Source of the DNA: a virus
Taxonomy: Duplodnaviria > Caudoviricetes
Reading direction: 5' to 3' (one strand)
Virus record (IMG/VR): IMGVR_UViG_3300044667_000233
Span: 1-43,028 of that record
DNA: 43,028 nt
Positions 16,708-25,342 of the stretch are shown here, piece after piece (position 1 is the stretch's first letter; each line of letters starts with the position of its first letter). The position numbers were made by a program, and so were the translations under genes. The notes under the pieces are model-generated. The model saw only the letters and a program-made list of their open reading frames with translations, did not search any database and was not told the origin of the DNA.

Positions 16708-18081
16708 ATGACTGAACTGGAAGAACCGCCGCCCGCGCCGCAGGGTCCTGAGCCGCTCCCCGATCTGTTGGAGCCCGCCTCACCCCTGGACGATGCTCGT
16801 GCTGCATTGGCACAAGAATGGCGGGCGGCGAATCCCAGGACACTTGAAGACATAGAGGCGTTCTATCGCGATGCTCAGTGTCTCGGTCAAGATCTTGAGC
16901 AGTGGCATGCTTATCCAGAACGAAAAGAATGGGAACGCCTTATCGTCCACGTGGCGCGGGAAGCCGAGGCCACCATCGTGGTCGATATCGGCGCGGGCGC
17001 GGGGCATGACCTGCTCGCCATCCGCGACGCCTGCCCGCACACGCAGTTGCACGCCGTGGAGCCCAACCTGGCCCTGCACAACGCGTTGGTGGCGGCGGGG
17101 CTCTATGCCTGGCACACCATCACGCCCGCGCCCGTCGAGCAGGCCGATCTCCTCCTGTGCATCGATGTCCTGGAGCACATCCCGGACCCAGCCACGTTTC
17201 TGGCTGGCATTGCCACCCGTGCCCGCATGGACTGCCTCCTCGTGGAATCCACCGCCACGTTCGACGCCGGCACGCCGCTGCACCTGGCCGCTAATCGCGG
17301 GTGGCACCCCGGCGCCACGCTTGAGGCGCACGGCTGGGTGCTCGTCGACCGCGACCCCACCGGGCGGCTCCGCGTCTGGCGGCGCCAGGCCGCAGCGGGC
17401 CGGGAGCGGGCCAGCCTGCTGCTGTGCGCCTATCGGCAGATAGCCGCCGAGACCATGGGCTCCATCTTCAGCCTGTGCGCCGGCAACACCGAGGGCTGGC
17501 GGCTGCGCATGAAGAACGGCGACGCGCTCATCTCCCGCTCCCGCTCCATCGTCGTGACCAAGTGGTGGCAGGAGACGGCGGATGATGTGTTCCTGATGGT
17601 GGACGACGATATCGTGTTTGCCGCCGCCGACGCCAATCGGCTGGTGGACCTGTGCCGGGAGGGGCACGACATCATCTGCGCGGCCTATCCGGTCCATAAC
17701 GGCGGCCATCTGGCGGCCAAGTGCCTGCCGGAGACGAAGACCGTCGCCTTCCGGCCCGGCGAGCCGCCCCTGGAGATTCGCTACGCGGCGACGGGCTTCA
17801 TGGCCTGCCACCGACGCGTCATCGACGCGATGGCGGAGCGCCTGCCGCTCTGCCATCCGAACGAGGTATGGTCGTTCTACCCGCTCTTCCATTCCGCGAT
17901 CATCGAGGAGCCCGGCACGGGACCGATCCTGCTGTCCGAGGATTGGACCTTCTGTGAAGAAGCACGAAAGCTTGGGTTCAACGTGTGGTTAGATCCCCAA
18001 ACGAAACTCACTCATCTTGGACAGGTGGGTATTTCGGTGAACAATATGCAGGCCATGTATGAGGCCATCAACAAGGTTTAG
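16708..18081 (+). CDS. class I SAM-dependent methyltransferase fused to GT-A (GT2-like) glycosyltransferase
   Basis: VVDIGAGAG, AVEPN, CIDVLEHIPDP; then LISRSRS, FLMVDDDIVF (DxD), AATGFMACHRRV, LSEDWTFC, VWLDP..KLTHLG. Confidence 0.85.
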   Translation: MTELEEPPPAPQGPEPLPDLLEPASPLDDARAALAQEWRAANPRTLEDIEAFYRDAQCLGQDLEQWHAYPERKEWERLIVHVAREAEATIVVDIGAGAGHDLLAIRDACPHTQLHAVEPNLALHNALVAAGLYAWHTITPAPVEQADLLLCIDVLEHIPDPATFLAGIATRARMDCLLVESTATFDAGTPLHLAANRGWHPGATLEAHGWVLVDRDPTGRLRVWRRQAAAGRERASLLLCAYRQIAAETMGSIFSLCAGNTEGWRLRMKNGDALISRSRSIVVTKWWQETADDVFLMVDDDIVFAAADANRLVDLCREGHDIICAAYPVHNGGHLAAKCLPETKTVAFRPGEPPLEIRYAATGFMACHRRVIDAMAERLPLCHPNEVWSFYPLFHSAIIEEPGTGPILLSEDWTFCEEARKLGFNVWLDPQTKLTHLGQVGISVNNMQAMYEAINKV

Positions 18082-18608
18082 CGTACGTGCTTCCAGGTCC
18101 TTCCACTGCGAACCGAGCCAATCACCGAAGGGACCACACCGTAGCGTCTGGCCAATTCACTCGCGGATTCGTCGCTCGCGCGAATCTCCTGCACGGCATG
18201 TGCAGTCAACTTCGCTTTCCCGTTCAGTTCGCCCCTTCGAGTCAGACCTCGTTGATCCGCATCAGTGAGGTTTTCTCGTTTCGTAACCCATTCCAAGTTG
18301 TCCCACCGATTGTTGGCTTTGTTGCCATCGATATGATGTACCTCGTACCGTCCGTCCGGCCTGTGGACGAAAGCCAGGGCAACGAGCCGGTGGAGCGAGA
18401 CGGCCTTCTTCACCCCGGCATGGTGGAGCTTCACCAGCAAATAGCCATGCCATTGCGGATAGGGCTTGACGGTTTTCCAGGGCCGTACCCGTCTATCTCG
18501 ATTCTTCCTGCGCACATTGCCCAGATTCGAGACAAAATAGACTGCGCTCAAAGGGTCAATCGGGACCGGGCGCCACTCTTCGGGGACAGTGGTATCTTGG
18601 GGCTGCAT
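18078..18608 (-). CDS. second free-standing NUMOD4-HNH homing endonuclease with C-terminal HTH
   Basis: EEWRPV...YFVSNLGNVR, GYLLVKL, LHRLVALAFV, VHHIDGNKANNRWDNLEWVTKREN. Confidence 0.9.
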   Translation of the reverse strand: MQPQDTTVPEEWRPVPIDPLSAVYFVSNLGNVRRKNRDRRVRPWKTVKPYPQWHGYLLVKLHHAGVKKAVSLHRLVALAFVHRPDGRYEVHHIDGNKANNRWDNLEWVTKRENLTDADQRGLTRRGELNGKAKLTAHAVQEIRASDESASELARRYGVVPSVIGSVRSGRTWKHVR

Positions 18609-18682
18609 GTCGAACCTCCGTTTCGATGTGCCACGCCCCAGGTTGTTCGAAGCAGCGCTGGGGCACCATCTTTAGTGTACCA
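18609..18682 (-). promoter_or_regulatory. extended -10 promoter plus structured leader (copy 2)
   Basis: TGGTACACT...GCCCCAG-16 nt-CTGGGGC-GTGGCACA-TCGAA[ACGGAGG]TTCGA-C-ATG. Confidence 0.65.
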
Positions 18683-18741
18683 AGGAGTTCTCCCCTTGAG
18701 TGCCATGCACGACGCGATTAACGCTGTGTAGGAGACTCACG

Positions 18742-18981
18742 ATGCCCGATACGAAAGACGACGTGGGCGCCAAGGACGCGCTCACGCCCACGAAAGCACC
18801 CACGGGGCAGGCTGATCCGGCGCCGAGCCCGTCGCCGGCGCGCTCCGTGGCAGCCAAGACCCCGCCCGTCTGCCCGAGTTGCGGCCAGCCGCTCGACGTG
18901 TATACGGGGGACAATCCCGACAAGGCCGGCACCGGCTTCTGCGTGAACGAGGGCGTGCGCGTCCCGCTGAAAGGCGGGTAA
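18742..18981 (+). CDS. small Pro-rich Zn-ribbon protein
   Basis: AGGAG RBS; CPSCG...C. Confidence 0.55.
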   Translation: MPDTKDDVGAKDALTPTKAPTGQADPAPSPSPARSVAAKTPPVCPSCGQPLDVYTGDNPDKAGTGFCVNEGVRVPLKGG

Positions 18982-18984
18982 CCG

Positions 18985-19740
18985 ATGGCCCTGGTTGTCA
19001 CGCAGCGACCGTCTACTACTTTGTTGAGCACTCTTGAACGTGTGAAGGCGGATCTGGGCTTCACGGACACCTCGAACGATGACGTGCTCCTGGACATCCT
19101 GACCCGCGCCTCGGACGCCATCGCGCGGGAGTGCGGCCGGCCGTTTTTCGCGGTGGGCAGCTATACCGAAACCGTGCGCGGGTCCGGCAGCCAGCTCCTG
19201 GCCCTCGCGTGCGCCCCGGTGCTCCTCGTGAGCGCGGTGTATGAAGATACCACGCTGCTCTCGCCCATCGACCCCGCCAACCCGTCCGACCCGAATCTCT
19301 TCGATGGCTACTACATTGAGGACGCGGAGGCCGGCGCCCTGTACCGTCCGGGCGGCTGGAGCCAGCGCACGGCATTGCTGGCCTGGGGCGCCGAGGCGTA
19401 CAGCAGTCGCTACATCCTGCCGGGGGGCACGAGCCTGGCGCGCTACACCATCAGTTACACCGCCGGCTACCGCATGCCGTATGAGGCATCGAGCTATATC
19501 CCCTATGACCCGGCCGCCGGCAAGAATCCGACCATCACCGCCGACCCGCCGCCCCTGCCCGGCGCGGTGGAGCAGGCGTGCCTGGTGACCTGCAAAGCGT
19601 GGTGGTTCAGTCGCCAGCGCGACGTCACCGTGAGCCGGGAGCGCACGCTCGACCAGGATGTCACCTACGTGCTCACGCAGCAGGGCGAACTTCCGGCGAC
19701 GGCCCTCGGCCTGCTGCGCGACTACCGGCGGGTGGCCTGA
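18985..19740 (+). CDS. head-tail adaptor (gp6/gp15-like)
   Basis: LSTLERVKADLG...DDVLLDILTRASDAIARECGR; ISYTAGY...LPGAVEQACL; LLRDYRR. Confidence 0.85.
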   Translation: MALVVTQRPSTTLLSTLERVKADLGFTDTSNDDVLLDILTRASDAIARECGRPFFAVGSYTETVRGSGSQLLALACAPVLLVSAVYEDTTLLSPIDPANPSDPNLFDGYYIEDAEAGALYRPGGWSQRTALLAWGAEAYSSRYILPGGTSLARYTISYTAGYRMPYEASSYIPYDPAAGKNPTITADPPPLPGAVEQACLVTCKAWWFSRQRDVTVSRERTLDQDVTYVLTQQGELPATALGLLRDYRRVA

Positions 19741-20060
19741 TGGGGTTGCGGAAGAGCAACGCCGCAGTGAGCGTGAGTTCGGGCGCCACGCCGCGCCTTA
19801 CGAACGCGCGGGCGCAGATCGGCGTGCCCTCCCCGCGCGACCAGCAGCTCTACGGCGGCATCGTGCGCTACCTGATCCTGCTCGACCCGCTGCCGGCGGC
19901 GAACACGGTCGTCGAGGGCGACACGCTGACGATTCAGTCTTGGGCGGGTCAGGTGGTCGACAGCAGCAGGGTCTACCACGTCCTGGAGTCGATGCCATCC
20001 GGCTCCGGCAGCCTGGTGGCGCAACGCGTGGTCGTCGGCACCCGCCAGTATACGGGCTAG
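19740..20060 (+). CDS. putative head-closure protein
   Basis: TGATG coupling; VVEGDTL...RVYHV; position in neck module. Confidence 0.55.
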   Translation: MGLRKSNAAVSVSSGATPRLTNARAQIGVPSPRDQQLYGGIVRYLILLDPLPAANTVVEGDTLTIQSWAGQVVDSSRVYHVLESMPSGSGSLVAQRVVVGTRQYTG

Positions 20061-20064
20061 GTGG

Positions 20065-20592
20065 ATGCCACAACCCTACTCCAACATCCCGGACGAGTTG
20101 GCCGCCCTCGGCACGGCCATCACCGCGGCGACGGCGACCGCGCTCTCGGGTCTCTCCGGGCGCACGCCCACCGTCTACACCCACGACTGGGATGACTTTG
20201 CGCTCCTTGCCTCGATGCCGGTGATCCTCATCCGGCCCGCCGATTTTCAGACCGTGCTGCTGACGATCGGGCAGCCGGGCGAGCGCGGCCAGGATGCGTC
20301 CCGCTTCGGCTGGTATCTGTGCGAACTGCACGACCTCATCGACTCCCGTGCCGCGAAAGGCAGCCTGATCGCGGGCAGCGAGCGGGACCTGGAGGCGCTC
20401 TGGACCGCCATCGACCACTACTGGGACACGCAGGCGAACCGAGTCCTGTCCGGCCAGGCGCTCTATACGGGCATCGCCACGCGCGTCAAGTTCGCCCGGC
20501 CCTTCCAGATCGCGCCCGATAGCGCCACGCACGTCGTGGCCGTGGGCATGATTGGGCTGGTCGGCCTGCCCCACGCGGGGACGCTCACATGA
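20065..20592 (+). CDS. putative tail terminator/completion protein
   Basis: Position and size; strong codon bias. Confidence 0.5.
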   Translation: MPQPYSNIPDELAALGTAITAATATALSGLSGRTPTVYTHDWDDFALLASMPVILIRPADFQTVLLTIGQPGERGQDASRFGWYLCELHDLIDSRAAKGSLIAGSERDLEALWTAIDHYWDTQANRVLSGQALYTGIATRVKFARPFQIAPDSATHVVAVGMIGLVGLPHAGTLT

Positions 20593-20939
20593 TCCGCCTG
20601 CGCGCCGACCTGCAGCCCGTGATGCACCAGCTCGCCCGCATGGCGACGGCCCTGGAGCCGTCTATCGACGCCGCCATCGACGCGGCCCTGGCCGAGGTCA
20701 TCGGGCGCTTGCAGCCCGCCACGCCGGTACGCACCGGGCGCATGCAGGCCGGCTACCGGCATGCCATGGTCAGCCCCGGCTCCTGGGAGCTGAGCGACGA
20801 GATGCCCTATAGCCGCTTCGTCATCGGCGGCACCAGATTCATGCAGCCCAACCCGAGCCTGAACGCCATCCTCGATGACGCGGAATCGATGCTGGAGGCG
20901 GCCCTGGACGTGGCCGTCACCCGCCTGGTCAAGCCCTAG
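20589..20939 (+). CDS. HK97 gp10-like neck protein
   Basis: TPVRTGRMQAGY...PYSRFVIGGTRFMQPNP. Confidence 0.8.
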   Translation: MIRLRADLQPVMHQLARMATALEPSIDAAIDAALAEVIGRLQPATPVRTGRMQAGYRHAMVSPGSWELSDEMPYSRFVIGGTRFMQPNPSLNAILDDAESMLEAALDVAVTRLVKP

Positions 20940-20948
20940 GAGGTCCTC

Positions 20949-21206
20949 ATGCCGGACGAAGAGAGCGCGCAGCCCGCGCCGGAGCGGGATCCCGCCGATT
21001 CGACCGCGGTCGAATCGAGCGGGTACCCGGAGCCAACCCCCCCAACCCCCACCGTGCGGGTGGTCTATCACGCGCCCTATGGCACCGACCAGCCGGTCGA
21101 GGTCGCGGGCCGTGCCTGGTTCGACCAGGCCGCATACGACCTGTCCCCGGACGAGGCCGCCCTGGCGCTCGCCCAGCCCGGCTTTCTGGAAGGAGATAAG
21201 CTGTGA
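20949..21206 (+). CDS. hypothetical virion-module protein
   Basis: AGGAGG RBS; GTGA overlap with next gene. Confidence 0.6.
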   Translation: MPDEESAQPAPERDPADSTAVESSGYPEPTPPTPTVRVVYHAPYGTDQPVEVAGRAWFDQAAYDLSPDEAALALAQPGFLEGDKL

Positions 21207-22063
21207 GCGCCGCGCTTGGCCTCGCCTGCGTGCTCTCGTTTGGCAGCACGCCCTACAAACTCCCCGCGGTGCTCAATGCCTGCTCGCCGGATATCCAGCT
21301 CGCCACGCGGGCCGTCCTGGCGGCGCAGGGCCAGTCGAGCGCCATGATCGGCTACGCGCCCTCTGCCAACGCCCGCTCTGGCTTCGCCATCACGGTGAAG
21401 ATTCCCTACGTCTCCAGCACCGCCAGCGCGGGCACGATCCTCAACGCGCTGCTCGCCACCGCGGGCCTCACCATCGGCATGCAGTTCGGCACCGCCGGCG
21501 GCGTGCAGATCACGGGCTGCATCGCCTTCTCGTGCGTCATCAGTGGCACGGAAGGGCAGGACCTCACGGCGCAGTTCACCTTCGAGAGCATCAACATGTG
21601 CACTACGGCGACCGTGGTCTCCTCGCCCGGCAGCTTCGATAAGGTCTACGGTTTCCAGGATGTGGCCAATATCGCGCTTGTCTCCGGCACCACCTACACC
21701 CTGCTCAACCAGTTCAACTTCCGTATCAACCGGGTGCGGGTGCCCTACGTCGGCAACTCACCGCGCGGCCTGCCGCAGAAGCTGGGCATCGCCTACACCG
21801 AAGTCACGGTGGATGAGGAACACCTGAAGATCGACGACTCGGAGATGAACACCTTTTTGGGCTCGGGCACGCCCAACTATAACCAGACGCCCGCCAACGT
21901 GGTCATCAGCGTGGCCAATATCCTCAACGCCAACCAGAACCTGACGCTGACCGCCACGAACGCCTTCTACGACAGCGCGCCGCGGCGCACGGGCGCCGAG
22001 ACGGAGTGGACCAAGGAGTCGACCAGCTCCAAGGCCAATACCGGCGGCTACACGATAGCCTAG
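21203..22063 (+). CDS. major tail (tube) protein
   Basis: 286 aa, beta-rich, directly before chaperone and tape measure genes. Confidence 0.7.
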   Translation: MSAALGLACVLSFGSTPYKLPAVLNACSPDIQLATRAVLAAQGQSSAMIGYAPSANARSGFAITVKIPYVSSTASAGTILNALLATAGLTIGMQFGTAGGVQITGCIAFSCVISGTEGQDLTAQFTFESINMCTTATVVSSPGSFDKVYGFQDVANIALVSGTTYTLLNQFNFRINRVRVPYVGNSPRGLPQKLGIAYTEVTVDEEHLKIDDSEMNTFLGSGTPNYNQTPANVVISVANILNANQNLTLTATNAFYDSAPRRTGAETEWTKESTSSKANTGGYTIA

Positions 22064-22076
22064 GCGGGACGTTTGT

Positions 22077-22568
22077 ATGCCGATGCGACTGGCGCCCGCT
22101 GCGGGCGCGAATGTGGCCACCAAAGAGGTGACCCCGCCCGAGTGGGAAGGCGAGGGCGTCTACCGGGAGTATTTCACTATCCTCGCCTTCACCGAGGAGT
22201 CGGTGCTTGAGGCGGCTCGGGACGCTGCCCGCAAGGTCACGGTCGTGGGCAAGACCACGCGGGAGGAGTCGGACCAGAAGGTGTTTAACGCCACGCTGGT
22301 GGAGCGCTGCCTCAAGGGCTGGCACATCATGGCGCCGCCCGATGCCCGCGTTGACCCCGAGCGCATGGAGCAGGCGGACGGCGTATGCTGGTGGAAGTTC
22401 ACCCCCGCGAACGTGGCCGATCTGCCCTGGGACCTGAAGGCATGGCTGGCGGCGCAGATCGTCTCAAGCGCCGGCTCCATTCCCACGCGCGACCTCGTAA
22501 CGGAAGGGCCGACGGGCAAGCCCCTCTCGTTTCGATGGCAGGATGCAGGCGTGGGCGGAGGGCAATAG
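22077..22568 (+). CDS. tail assembly chaperone (gpG-like)
   Basis: LVERCLKGW...FTPANVADLP; between tube and TMP genes. Confidence 0.75.
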   Translation: MPMRLAPAAGANVATKEVTPPEWEGEGVYREYFTILAFTEESVLEAARDAARKVTVVGKTTREESDQKVFNATLVERCLKGWHIMAPPDARVDPERMEQADGVCWWKFTPANVADLPWDLKAWLAAQIVSSAGSIPTRDLVTEGPTGKPLSFRWQDAGVGGGQ

Positions 22569-22776
22569 CCACTGTGAGCAGATCCCATCGGAAGCCGAGT
22601 ATTTCCACCGGCTGGCCCTGGCCCTCGAGCTCCACGAGATCGACGAGGCGACGGTCAGGCGCCAGCGCACCGAGTGGCTGGTCGACCTGGCCCGCATGCA
22701 GCACTGGCTCCATGGCGGCGGCACACGGGAGGAAGCCGCGATCGTCATCCCGCCCGGACTCAGACCGGTAAGGTAG
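22531..22776 (+). CDS. gpT-like extension, probably reached by +1 frameshift
   Basis: Overlapping +1 frame, open from 22501; TTT CGA at 22530-22535. Confidence 0.6.
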   Translation, partial: FDGRMQAWAEGNSHCEQIPSEAEYFHRLALALELHEIDEATVRRQRTEWLVDLARMQHWLHGGGTREEAAIVIPPGLRPVR

Positions 22777-22780
22777 CGCC

Positions 22781-25333
22781 ATGCCCGTCGTTCTGCTTTC
22801 CGTCACGGCCAACGCGGATGCGGCCACTGCGGCCTTGGCCCGGGTCACGGCCCAGCTTGGCCTCCTCGATCAGGCCGTCCTGGTCAACAGCCGCACTACC
22901 ACGCAGGCGCAGACCGCGCTCGACGCCTATCTGCGCAGCCTGTCCGCCACCCAGACCGAGCTGGCCCGCATCACCAGCGGCCTGGACGCGCTGGCCACCT
23001 CCTTCCGCGACGCCGCCGGCATGATCGATACTGCGGAGGCGGCACTCTCCCGCTATGCCGGCACGCTTGGGGGCATCAAGAGCGGCCTGGACAGCACCGG
23101 CGCCGGCCTCGGGGACCTGGCGAACAGCTTCCGCAGCGCGAGCGTGGCCGCCGGCGACGGCATGCTGGTGATCGACGCCTATATCGCCCGGCTGGACGCG
23201 CTCCGGGTGGCCGCCAGTATCCCCATTCCCGTGCCCAGCCCTGGCGGTGGGGGCGGCGCGAACCTCGTCACGGGCGGCGCCCTGGCCCTGGCCGGCGGCG
23301 GTGGCTTTGGCCGCGCCGGCAGCGTCCTGGCCACCGGCGCGGCCTATGACGTGGGCCTGGGTGGGCGCGCGGTCAACGCGCTGCTTGGCCCCGAGGGCCT
23401 GCTCGTCGGGGGCCTGCTCTATGGCGGCTACAAGGCCGCACAGGCCGGCGCGAACTTCCAGAGTGCCGTCGCCCAGACCGGCGCGCAGGCCAACCGCGCC
23501 GGCGACATGAACACGCTGGGCCAGGCGATCCTCGACTACGCCGCCGGCGGCAAGTCGCCCTACAGCGCCACCACCCTCGCCACCAGCATCGAGCCGCTGC
23601 TCGCCCACGGCTACAGCACGACTGCCCTGGCGCAGGCCCTGCCCTCGGTGGCGCAGCTCTCCGCCCAGAACAAGGCGCCCGACCTTACCACGGCGGCCAA
23701 TGCCATCAACACCTATCTGGCGCTCACCGGCACAGGGCCGAAAAGCACGGGCGGCCAGATCACCGCGGCGGCGGATTTCGTCTCGCGCATGGAGACGCTG
23801 ACGACGATCCCGCCCGGGCAGATCTCCACGGCGCTGCCGCGCCTGCTCGCCGGCGCCATCGGCACCGGCGTCTCGCCCGAGGACGCCGGGGCGCTCATGC
23901 TCAAGGTCGGCACCGCCAACCCAAGTGCGCGCCTGGACGCGACGGGGATTACGCGCCTCATCTCGGACATCCTGGTCAAGCCCACCGCCGGCGCCCAGAA
24001 GACGGCGGCGGAGCTGGGCCTGGCCATCGGTCCCGGCGCGCTCTCGTCCTACGGCGGCAACGTCTTTGCGCTGCTGCAGGCCTACCAGAACGCCACGGCC
24101 GGCCCCAACCAGACCAAGCTCCTCAGCCAGATCTTCACGCAGACCAACGCCCTGCAGGCGGCGCAGGAACTCTTTAGCGGCGGCGGCATCGATCAGACCG
24201 TGGGCTACGCCGGCCAGCTCGCCGGCGCGGGCGGCGCGGCGCAGGCCGCGTTCAACCAGTACAGCCAGGGCATCAACCAGCAGGGCACGCAGCTCATGAA
24301 CCGCTTCAACGCCGACCTCACCACGCTGGGCGACACGCTCAACCAGGGCGTGACGCCGGCGCTGATCGCCTTCGGCTCCAATCTGCTCTCGGCGGCGGAG
24401 GGCCTGGCGCAATCGGGCCTGGTCAAGGACACCGGCGACGTGCTGGGCATGATTGGCCACGCCTGGGATGTGTCGCTGCCCCAGATCCGGCAGGCGCTCG
24501 GACTGCCGGCGCTCGCCGGCCTCACCAATCCCGCGTCGAGTGGGCCAGCGCCCAGCACCACGCTCCCCGGCGGCGCGCCCGCCGTCGTGCCGTACGACTA
24601 TATCGGCCCGCTCAATCCCGGCCAGACCCGCGCCCCGGCGGTGGTGCCCAACGCCTTCGTGGGACCGCTCAATCCCGGCCAGACCCGGCAGACCGCGGCG
24701 GAGGCGACGGCCCAGGCGTGGTATGCGGCGGCCATGACGCAGGCCGGCCTCTCCCTCGCGCCGGTGCGCCCGCCCGACACGTCCGCGCTCACGGGCGCCC
24801 TGGCTGGCGGCGTGGGCGGCATCGGTCTGCTCCAGCGGCAGCAGGCGGCGCTGGCGCCTGGGGGCACGTCCGACGTGGCCCGCACCGTGAAGGACCTCAA
24901 GGACGCCCTGGCGGCGGATAAGATCAGCGGCAACTACATGGACTACGCCCAGACCGCGCAGGCGCTCCTGGCCTACGAATCGGCCAACCTCAAGACGCTC
25001 AAGCTCGATCCGGCGGACCTGCAGCTCCAGGCGGCGCAGTTCGCCCATGTGCTCGCCGGCCTGCAGCCGTCGGTCAACGTGCACCCCTTCTTCCAGCAGA
25101 ACGCGGGCCTAGGCGGCCTCATCGCCGGCAACCAGAGCACGGCGGTGCGCCTGGGTGGCGGCGGTCCCGACCCGCAGACCCAGGAAATTCGCACCCTGCG
25201 CACCGAACTCAACACGGCGCAGAACAAGATTGCCTCGCTCTTGGCCGAAATCGCCACCCTGCTCGGCAAGCCGCTCGGGCAGGCCGCGACGCGTCCCAAT
25301 CCCGCCGGCGGCTTCGGCAGCCATATCGCGTAG
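22781..25333 (+). CDS. tape measure protein
   Basis: 850 aa, Ala/Gly/Leu-rich; core ANFQSAVAQ...DATGITRLISDILVKPT...AAELGL; 19-aa duplication APAVVP..GPLNPGQTR near 24575-24690. Confidence 0.9.
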   Translation: MPVVLLSVTANADAATAALARVTAQLGLLDQAVLVNSRTTTQAQTALDAYLRSLSATQTELARITSGLDALATSFRDAAGMIDTAEAALSRYAGTLGGIKSGLDSTGAGLGDLANSFRSASVAAGDGMLVIDAYIARLDALRVAASIPIPVPSPGGGGGANLVTGGALALAGGGGFGRAGSVLATGAAYDVGLGGRAVNALLGPEGLLVGGLLYGGYKAAQAGANFQSAVAQTGAQANRAGDMNTLGQAILDYAAGGKSPYSATTLATSIEPLLAHGYSTTALAQALPSVAQLSAQNKAPDLTTAANAINTYLALTGTGPKSTGGQITAAADFVSRMETLTTIPPGQISTALPRLLAGAIGTGVSPEDAGALMLKVGTANPSARLDATGITRLISDILVKPTAGAQKTAAELGLAIGPGALSSYGGNVFALLQAYQNATAGPNQTKLLSQIFTQTNALQAAQELFSGGGIDQTVGYAGQLAGAGGAAQAAFNQYSQGINQQGTQLMNRFNADLTTLGDTLNQGVTPALIAFGSNLLSAAEGLAQSGLVKDTGDVLGMIGHAWDVSLPQIRQALGLPALAGLTNPASSGPAPSTTLPGGAPAVVPYDYIGPLNPGQTRAPAVVPNAFVGPLNPGQTRQTAAEATAQAWYAAAMTQAGLSLAPVRPPDTSALTGALAGGVGGIGLLQRQQAALAPGGTSDVARTVKDLKDALAADKISGNYMDYAQTAQALLAYESANLKTLKLDPADLQLQAAQFAHVLAGLQPSVNVHPFFQQNAGLGGLIAGNQSTAVRLGGGGPDPQTQEIRTLRTELNTAQNKIASLLAEIATLLGKPLGQAATRPNPAGGFGSHIA

Positions 25334-25342
25334 GAGTAGCTG

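Noticed and set aside
16075-18682. Composite transposon or group I introns around the HNH genes
   Set aside because: No transposase, terminal inverted repeats or target duplications; HNHs are intergenic and antisense, and neighbouring genes are uninterrupted.
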